Source of the DNA: a bacterium
Lineage (GTDB): Bacteria; Desulfobacterota; Binatia; HRBIN30; CADEER01
Direction: 5' to 3'
DNA length: 64,000 bases
Assembly (NCBI GenBank): GCA_031401035.1
Contig: JANNRA010000112.1
Coordinates: 2,628 to 66,627, forward strand
A program made the position numbers and the translations under genes. The notes below the pieces were generated by a model. That model was not told where the DNA came from. It was given only the letters and a program-made list of their open reading frames with translations, and made no database searches. Below are positions 20,633 through 28,100 of this stretch, piece after piece. The stretch's first letter is position 1, and every line of letters begins with the position of its first letter.

Positions 20633-21199
20633 TCAGCGCAGCCGCGCGACGGCGGCATGGCGCGGGCAATCGCGCAGATGGTCGTTGACCATGCCGACCG
20701 CCTGCATGAAGGCGTAGCAGATGGTCGGGCCGACGAAGCGGAAGCCGCGCCCGCGCAACGCCTTACTCATGGCGCGCGACGCGTCGGTCTCGGCCGGTAC
20801 CTGGGTGAGCGCCCGCCAGGCGTTCTGCTGCGGCCGGCCGTCGACGAACGACCACAACAGCGCGTCGAGGCCGCCGGGCTCGGCGCGGGCGACGAGCACG
20901 GCGCGGGCGGTGTCGATGGCGGCGGCGATCTTGAGGCGGTTGCGGACGATGCCGGCGTCGGCGAGCAGCCGCGTCACGTCGGCGGCGCCGAAGGCGGCGA
21001 CGCGCGCCGCGTCGAAGTCGGCAAAGGCGGCGCGGTAGGCGGCGCGCTTGCGCAGGATGGTCAGCCAGCTCAGGCCCGCCTGTGCCCCCTCGAGAACCAG
21101 AAACTCGAAGAGCGTGCGCTCATCGTGCACCGGCACGCCCCACTCCTCGTCGTGGTAGCGCACGTAGTCGGCATCGGTGCCGGCCCAGGGGCAACGCAT
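20633..21199 (-). CDS. tag: DNA-3-methyladenine glycosylase I
   Basis: Internal start MRCPWAG..DADYVRYHDEEWGVPVHDERTLFEFLVLEGAQAGLSWLTIL is the Tag signature. Confidence 0.85.
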   Translation of the reverse strand: MRCPWAGTDADYVRYHDEEWGVPVHDERTLFEFLVLEGAQAGLSWLTILRKRAAYRAAFADFDAARVAAFGAADVTRLLADAGIVRNRLKIAAAIDTARAVLVARAEPGGLDALLWSFVDGRPQQNAWRALTQVPAETDASRAMSKALRGRGFRFVGPTICYAFMQAVGMVNDHLRDCPRHAAVARLR

Positions 21200-21233
21200 G
21201 GCGGTGCCGTAGCACACCGTTCGCGCTCTCACA

Positions 21234-21285
21234 TGGGCAACCCGATTGGGCAACCCGATTGGGCAACCCGAATGGGGAACCCGAT
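21234..21285. repeat. four tandem copies of the 13-bp unit TGGGCAACCCGAT in a divergent promoter region
   Basis: The copies are TGGGCAACCCGAT, TGGGCAACCCGAT, TGGGCAACCCGAA and TGGGGAACCCGAT. They lie between the tag start and the hydrolase start. Confidence 0.8.
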
Positions 21286-21327
21286 GCAGCCCTCCACATT
21301 CATCCGGCCGCGCGCTATGCCCCACCC

Positions 21328-22200
21328 ATGACCGCGCTGCTCGGACCAACCTCGCACTACTTCTACTCCCAGCGGTTGAAGCTCCATTACGTCGACTGGG
21401 GCAATGCCGAGAAGCCGCCGCTGCTGCTGGTGCACGGCGGCCGCGACCACGCGCGCAACTGGGACTGGGTGGCGCAGGAGCTGCGGCGCGACTTCCACGT
21501 CATCGCCCCCGACCTGCGCGGCCACGGCGATTCGCAGTGGGCGATCGGCGGCAGCTACGCCATGGTCGACTACACCCTCGACATCGCTCAACTGCTGCGC
21601 GCCCTGGCGATCGAGGAGATCACCATCATCGGGCACTCGCTCGGCGGCTCGATCGCGCTGCAGTACACCGGCACCTATCCCGACAAGGTCAAGAAGATCG
21701 TCGCCATCGAGGGCCTCGGGCCGCCGCCCGAGCTGCTGCGCGAGCAGCCGCCGGCGCATCAGCGCATGCGCGTCTGGATCGGCGAGATGAAGGCCCTCGC
21801 CAACCGCCACCCGCACCGCTATGCGACGCTCGACGAGGCGGTCGAGCGGATGCAGGACGCCAATCCGCGCCTGACCCCGGCGCAGGCGCGCCACCTCACC
21901 GTCTGCGGCTCGTATCGGGACGAGGACGGCACCTATCTGTGGAAGTTCGACAACTACGTGCGCGCCAGCTCGCCGTATCTGTTCAACATGATCGACGCGC
22001 ACGACCTCTGGAAGCAGATCACCTGCCCGGTGCTGTTGTTGCGCGGCACCGAGTCATGGGCCTCCGACCCGGAGATCGACGGCCGCGCCGGCGCCTTCCG
22101 CGATTACACCTTCTTCAACATCGAGACGGCCGGCCACTGGGTGCATCACGATCAGCTGACCATTTTCCTCGGCCACGTAAGGACGTTCCTCGGTGTCTAG
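21328..22200 (+). CDS. alpha/beta-fold hydrolase
   Basis: Internal start MTALLGPTSHYF. It has HGGRDHARNWDW and a GHSLGG nucleophile elbow. Confidence 0.8.
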   Translation: MTALLGPTSHYFYSQRLKLHYVDWGNAEKPPLLLVHGGRDHARNWDWVAQELRRDFHVIAPDLRGHGDSQWAIGGSYAMVDYTLDIAQLLRALAIEEITIIGHSLGGSIALQYTGTYPDKVKKIVAIEGLGPPPELLREQPPAHQRMRVWIGEMKALANRHPHRYATLDEAVERMQDANPRLTPAQARHLTVCGSYRDEDGTYLWKFDNYVRASSPYLFNMIDAHDLWKQITCPVLLLRGTESWASDPEIDGRAGAFRDYTFFNIETAGHWVHHDQLTIFLGHVRTFLGV

Positions 22201-22232
22201 CACGGTGGCGCCGGTGTGGTAGCGATGACGGC

Positions 22233-22826
22233 ATGTTCACCGGGATCATCGAAGAGGTCGGCGAGGTCGTCGAGGCCGGCGCCGGCACGTTGCGCATCCG
22301 CGCGCCGTTGGTGCTGACCGATGCCAAGCTGGGCGATTCGATCGCCATCAACGGTGTCGATCTGACCGTCGCCGAGATGGACGGCGAGCTGTTTTTCGCC
22401 AACGTCATGCCGGAGACCTACCGGCGCTCGAACCTCGGGCGCCTGCGCGTCGGCGAGCGCGTCAACCTCGAGCGCTCGGTACGGCCGAGCGACCGCCTCA
22501 GCGGCCACATCGTCCGCGGCGTCGTCGAGGGGCAGGCGATCGTGCACTCCTTCACGCCCGAGGCCGAGGCGGTGATCGCCCGCTTCACGACGCCGCCCGA
22601 GCTGTTGCGGTACATGGTGGTCAAGGGGCCGGTGTGCATCGACGGCGCCAGCCTGACGATTGTCGACAAGACCGCCGACAGCTTCGCCGTGTCGCTGGTG
22701 CAGTACACGCAGGGCCACACCAACCTGAGCGACAAGCAGCCGGGTGACGCGGTGAACATCGAGACCGACATCCTGGCGCGCTACGTCGAGGCGATCCTGG
22801 CGAGTCGGGCCGACAACGGAAGCTGA
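22233..22826 (+). CDS. ribE: riboflavin synthase
   Basis: MFTGIIEEVGEV with duplicated lumazine-binding repeats (..GDSIAINGVDLTV.. and ..GASLTIVDKT..). The protein is 197 aa. Confidence 0.9.
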   Translation: MFTGIIEEVGEVVEAGAGTLRIRAPLVLTDAKLGDSIAINGVDLTVAEMDGELFFANVMPETYRRSNLGRLRVGERVNLERSVRPSDRLSGHIVRGVVEGQAIVHSFTPEAEAVIARFTTPPELLRYMVVKGPVCIDGASLTIVDKTADSFAVSLVQYTQGHTNLSDKQPGDAVNIETDILARYVEAILASRADNGS

Positions 22827-22840
22827 TCGAGCCCCCCATC

Positions 22841-22931
22841 TGGGAGCGCGGGCGGCCCGCCCGCATCCGACTGGATGGCGCGGCGCCGCCGCGCCTGCAT
22901 TTGAACTGCGGGCGAGCCGCCCGCGCTCCCA
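22841..22931. repeat. palindromic MITE-like repeat, family A, copy 1, at the pbpC 3' end
   Basis: Arms TGGGAGCGCGGGCGGCCCGCCCGCA and TGCGGGCGAGCCGCCCGCGCTCCCA flank a roughly 40-bp centre. It is inverted relative to copy 2. Confidence 0.75.
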
Positions 22932-22942
22932 GACGGGGACCC

Positions 22943-25072
22943 TCAGCGGCCGCGGACGTCGAGTCCGGCGGTGGCCGCCACGGTGCCGGTGGCGTCGACG
23001 AGAGCGACGCGGTGGCGGCCGCGAGTCGGCGGCCACAGTACCATCCGTTCCGCGTCGCCGAGATCCTGGCCGTCGACCTGCCAGCGCAGGTCGCGCGCGT
23101 CCGCGGCCTCGAGGGCCAGGCGCTGCCGCGCCGCGCCGATCTCCGGATCGAGCGCGATGATGGTGCCGTCGGTCGGCGCCAGGATGCGCGGCGCGGTGGT
23201 CGGTGCGGCCGGCGCGCCCGACCCCGGCGCGGTGCCGGCGACGAACCACTCGTCGCCGACGCGCTCGAGGCCCGGCGGCGGCGCCGGCGGCGGACTCGGC
23301 AGGTCGCGGTGCAGCGCCTCCATGACCTCCTGCCAGATCGGCGCCGCGCCGCTGACGCCGCTGACGTCATGCATCGGCGCGCCGGAGAAGTTGCCGACCC
23401 AGACGCCGACGGTGAAGCGGCGCGAGAAACCGAGACACCAGTTGTCGCGCATGTCGGTGCTGGTGCCGGTCTTCGCCGCCGACCAGAAGCGTGTCGACAG
23501 GGGGCTCTCGAGTCCGAAGGTGACGGCGCGGCCGGCGCGGTCGGCGAGGATGTCGGCAACGATGAACGCCGCGGCTGGTGCCAGCACCGGTCGCGGCGCC
23601 GTCACGGCCTCGTCCGGGCGCAGCCGCAGCGGGCTCCAGGCGCCGCCGCTGGCGAGGACGCGATAGGCGCCGACGAGTTCCCACAGCGTCACGTCGGCTG
23701 AGCCCAACGCCAGCGCCGGACCGTACCAGCCGCCGCGGCGTCGCAGGCCGTCGAAGCCGAGGGCGCGCAGACGGTCGGCGAACGGGTCGGCGCCGAGCAG
23801 CTGCAGGGCACGCACCGCCGGCACGTTGAGCGAGCCGGCCAGGGCCGTGCGGACGCTGACCGGGCCGCGGAAGACGGCGTCGTAGTTGCGCGGTTGGAAG
23901 AGGCCGCCGGCGACGGCGATCTCCAGCGGCGTGTCGTCGAGTCGCGAGGCGGCGGTGAGTAGGCGTTGCTCGATCGCGGCGGCGTAGAGGAACGGCTTCA
24001 GCGTCGAGCCGGCCTGGCGGGCGGCGCGGACGCCGTCGACCTGCGCCGCGGCGGACAGGGCGCCGCTCGAGCCGACGTAGGCCAGCACGTCGCCGCTGCC
24101 GTTGTCGGCCACCAGCACCGCGGCGTCGCGTACGCCGCGCCCGTGCAGCGCCAGCAGATGGCGCTGGACGGCGTCGCGCGCCGCGCTCTGTACAGCGGCG
24201 TCGAGGGTCGTCGTCGTCGCGTCGCACGCGTCGCCCTCCGGCAGCAGGCGCCGCGCCAGGTGCGGCGCCTCGGCGCGGCGCGCCGGCAGGTGCGGTGTGA
24301 CGTCGATGACGCGGGCGATTGCGGCGTCGAGCGCCGCGGTGCCGGAACCGCCGTCGGCGCGTCGCAGGGCGGCGGCGCGGCGGGCGAGGGCGGGACGCTC
24401 GGCGTTGGGGGCACGCAGCAGTGAGGCGAGGACCGTCGCCTCGGCCGTGCTGAGGCCGTGCGGCGCCTTGCCGAAGAGCACCTCGGCCGCCGCCGCGATG
24501 CCCTGCAACTCACCGCGGAAGGTCACCAGGTTGAGGTAGGCGTCGAGGATCTCGTCCTTGCTCCAGATGGCCTCGAGTCGCCAGGCGGCGCGCATCTGGC
24601 GCCACTTCGCGGCGGCGCCGCGCGGCGCCCCCGGGCGGCGCAGGGACGGGTCGAGGAGCGCCGCCAGCTCCATCGCGTTGGTGCTGGCGCCGCGCGGCGC
24701 GCCGCCGCGCAGGCGCTGCCACGCCGCGGCGGCGACGGCGACGAGATCGACGCCGCCGTGGGTGTGGAAGCGGCGGTCCTCGGAGGTGAGCACGGCGTCG
24801 ATCAGCGCCGGCGAGACGGCGTCGAGGGGCGTCCAGGCGAGTCGCCGGCGGCGTTGGTCGACGCGGCGTTCGTGCAGCACGACGCCGTGCCGGTCGAGCA
24901 GCCGCGCGTCGGAGGGGCAGGCGGCGGCGCGGACGTCGGCGGCGGTGGGCGGATTGGGGACGTCGGGTTGCCACGCTATGGTAGCGAGCAGCGCCAGTAC
25001 GAGAAGTCCCCCAGCCGGGAGCGCGGGCGGCCCGCCCGCAGGCCAGATGACGGCGCGGCGGAGCCGCGCCAT
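22943..25072 (-). CDS. pbpC: penicillin-binding protein 1C (transglycosylase/transpeptidase)
   Basis: It has GT51 motifs (EDRRFHTHGGVD) and transpeptidase SxxK (GSTLKPFLYAAA). ATG start at MARLRRAVIW; the ORF track extends to 25129 through repeat copy 2. It is co-oriented with the upstream alpha-2-macroglobulin gene. Confidence 0.85.
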   Translation of the reverse strand: MARLRRAVIWPAGGPPALPAGGLLVLALLATIAWQPDVPNPPTAADVRAAACPSDARLLDRHGVVLHERRVDQRRRRLAWTPLDAVSPALIDAVLTSEDRRFHTHGGVDLVAVAAAAWQRLRGGAPRGASTNAMELAALLDPSLRRPGAPRGAAAKWRQMRAAWRLEAIWSKDEILDAYLNLVTFRGELQGIAAAAEVLFGKAPHGLSTAEATVLASLLRAPNAERPALARRAAALRRADGGSGTAALDAAIARVIDVTPHLPARRAEAPHLARRLLPEGDACDATTTTLDAAVQSAARDAVQRHLLALHGRGVRDAAVLVADNGSGDVLAYVGSSGALSAAAQVDGVRAARQAGSTLKPFLYAAAIEQRLLTAASRLDDTPLEIAVAGGLFQPRNYDAVFRGPVSVRTALAGSLNVPAVRALQLLGADPFADRLRALGFDGLRRRGGWYGPALALGSADVTLWELVGAYRVLASGGAWSPLRLRPDEAVTAPRPVLAPAAAFIVADILADRAGRAVTFGLESPLSTRFWSAAKTGTSTDMRDNWCLGFSRRFTVGVWVGNFSGAPMHDVSGVSGAAPIWQEVMEALHRDLPSPPPAPPPGLERVGDEWFVAGTAPGSGAPAAPTTAPRILAPTDGTIIALDPEIGAARQRLALEAADARDLRWQVDGQDLGDAERMVLWPPTRGRHRVALVDATGTVAATAGLDVRGR

Positions 25073-25103
25073 CCATTCGGAGCGGGCGGGCCGCCCGCGC
25101 TCC
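25017..25103. repeat. palindromic MITE-like repeat, family A, copy 2; contains the pbpC start codon
   Basis: Arms GGGAGCGCGGGCGGCCCGCCCGCA and GGAGCGGGCGGGCCGCCCGCGCTCC. The centre matches the reverse complement of the copy 1 centre. Confidence 0.75.
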
Positions 25104-25125
25104 AGGATTCGCGGCTCCAAGCTCC

Positions 25126-28100
25126 TCACGGCGCCACCTCAACGGCCTTGTTCGGGCTCTCGCCGAACATCTCCGGCGCGTAGAGGGCCTCGGCGCGCGT
25201 CGGCGGCAGGTCGAAGCGACCGCTCTGGTTCAAGCGCACATCGTACTCGACGCTCGTCCGCCCCTTGGGCAGGAACTGGAAGTAACCGCGGTAGGCGTCG
25301 AAACGGCGCTCGACGAAGTCCGGCGCTGCGACGTCGCTGCTGCCGCCGTTGGCGAGTTGGCTGTCGCGCGCCAGGCCAGTTCCGAGGTGCGAGGCGCCGG
25401 GGGGGATGGGATCGTCGAGCACCACCCAGGTCATGTCGCTCTGCGCCTCGACGTCGACGCGCACGCGCAGCCGGTCGCCGCGGCTCAGCCGGCCGACCTG
25501 GTGCGGATCGAGCGGCGTCACCGTCTTGCTGATGCGATAGCCGCTCGACAGCGGCGCACCGAGGGGAATCGCCGCGCGCGAGGTGACGGTGATCCACGGC
25601 GCGCCGGCGCCGCGCTGCTCGACCGTCAGCGTCGCCGGCGCCGCCGGCCAGGCGAAGCGAGCCGGGCCGCCCGGGGTCGGGGCCCACGCGAGTTCCTCGC
25701 TCGCGGTGCCGAGGCGCAGCGCCGTCACACCGCTGACCGGCGTCGCCTCGAACGCCGCGGCGAAGCGGCGCAGGGCCAGCACGCCCCAGGCATTGGCCAA
25801 CGTCGTGTCCCAGTGGCCGCGCCGTTGGCGCCCGAGGGCGCCGTGCAGCAGGCGTGCGGCGTCGTCCTTCCACAGGCCGAACTCGACGGTATGCAGCAGC
25901 AGGCGCACGGCGTTCTGGTCGGCCGAGGCCATCAACCACCACAGCCCGTCGCCGGCCTCGTCGGAGAAGCCCATCGTCGTGCCCTGCAGGTTCAGGCGGG
26001 CGCGGACGATCTGCTCCACCGCCGCCAGGCGCGCCGCGCGGTCGGGCAGCGTCGGCAGGCGCTGCAGGATGCTCCACCAGTCGAGCACCGCCGAGGTCGG
26101 CCACAGGTTGGGCTCGACGGAGATGCTGCCGAGCATGGCGGGATCGCCGGCGCCGAGTCGCGTCAGGGCGTCCAGGGCGGCGAGCTTACGCAGCGTCAGA
26201 TCGGGCGCGCCCAGGGGCGACTCGCGACGGATGCTGCCCTCGACGAAACCGCGCAGGCCGGCGATGAGCCGGTCGCGCGTCGCGGCGGGGATCTCCCAGC
26301 CGGCCGCCGCGGTGATGGAGACGACGTAGGCGGTGAGGACTTCGCTGCCGTGGCTGAGGGTCGGAAAGAACTTCAGCAGGCCGTCGCCGTCGAGGTACGA
26401 GGGCAGGGCGGCGGCGAGCGTCGTCCAGCCCGCCTGGTCGTCGAGGCCGACGCGGATCGAGGTCTGCTGCTCGAGGCATGTGTATGGGTAGCGGCGCAGG
26501 TAGTCGGCGACACCGCCGGCCGTACCGGCGAGCGAGGCGGCAGCAGCGACGACCAGCCCGCCGCGGCTCGGGAAGGCGTCGGCGGGGCGCGCCACCGGTA
26601 TGCGCAGCGGCTGGTCGGCGCGCAGCAGCGTCGCTTGCAGTGTGCGCACCGGTACCGCCTCGCGCACCTGCTGGGTGACGGCGAGGCGGTCGGCGACGCC
26701 GCCGGCGACGGCCTGCACGGTGTAGCGCAGCTGGTCGCCGTCGGCCGGGACGATGACCGGCCACTCGACGACGCGCGATTCACCCGGCGCGAGCGTCAGC
26801 GCCTGCGGCGCCAAAACCTGTTGCGGCGGCGTCTCCCCTGGAGGGCGGCGCCCCGTCGGCGCCTGTTGGATGGAGGCCGCCCCACCCGATGCAACAGGCG
26901 CCGACGGAGCGGCGCCCTCCAGGGACCCGGGTGCGGCGTCGGTTGCGGGCGATTCCACCGTCAGCGACACCTGCACCTCGAGCGGCCGATCGGTGGTGTT
27001 GCGCAGCGTGAACTGGGCCGGGAAGCGGTCGCCGTGGCGGACCAGCGGCGGCAGGCCGCTGAGCAGCATCAGTTCCTGCGTCGTGCGGATCTCGGTGGCG
27101 CCGCTGCCGAAGCGGCCGAGGCCGGCGGTGGCGACGGCGACGATGCGGAAGGCGGTGAGCGAGTCGTTGAGCGGCACCTCGACCGTGGCATGCCCCTGCG
27201 CATCGAGCGGCACGCGACCGCTCCACAGCAGCAGCGTGTCGAACAACTCGCGCGTCGCCTGCCGGCCGCCGCCGCCGCCTGCCGGCAGCGCCTTGCGGCC
27301 GTAATGGCGTTTGCCGATCACCTCGAGCTGCGCGGTGGCGGTGCGGACATCGTAACCGCGCCGCCCCATCATCGCCTCGAGCAGGTCCCAGCTGGGGTTG
27401 GGCGCCAATTCGAGCAGGCCCTCGTCGACCGCCACCAGCGCCACCTCGCTGCCCGGCGGCGGCGGGGCGCCGTCGCCGTCGCGCACCGCGACGCGCACCA
27501 CGGCGGTGTCGCGGACGCGATAGGTCGGCCGGTCGGCCTGCACGTCGACGCTGAGGGCGTGCGCGCGCCAGCCGACGCGGATCTCGGCGAGGCCGAGCTT
27601 GAAAGCCGGCTTGCCGAGGTCGACCATCGCCGTCGGCTGCGTGTCGGCGACGCGCCCGCGCACCGCCAGCACCGAGATGAATGTATTGGGCGCGTACGGC
27701 CCCAGCACCGGCACCTCGACGCGCGGCTCGCCGCCGCCGATCTGCAGCACGCGCGCCTCGGCGATGCCCTCGCGCTCCACCGTCACCAGCGCCGTGGCGC
27801 GCTGGAAGGGCATGCGCACCTGCAGGCGCGCCGTCTCGCCCGGGGCGTATTCGCGCTTCTCGGGCAGCACATCCATGCGGTCGGCGGCGTCGACGGCGAA
27901 GCCGCCCGGGTCGTCGCCGTCGACGTAGACGCTGCTGTGCGCCGCGGCGCCGCGGCCGGCGTCGTCGCGCACGCGCACCTGCAGGATGATCTCGCCGTCG
28001 GCCGGCGCTGCGGCGCGGCAGGCGAACAGGCCCTGCGCGTCCGTGGCGCCGGCGCAGACGCGCCCCAGCGGCGTCGTCTCTTCGACGTGCTCGTAGCCGT

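Noticed and set aside
20463-20633. Putative sigma-70 promoter TTGACT-N17-TAGCGA upstream of xylB
   Set aside because: The -10 hexamer is poor, and the element points away from xylB toward the 3' end of tag. It is probably a chance match.
21234-21285. Possible CRISPR array
   Set aside because: There are only four 13-bp direct repeats with no spacers. That is not CRISPR architecture. No cas genes are in the window.
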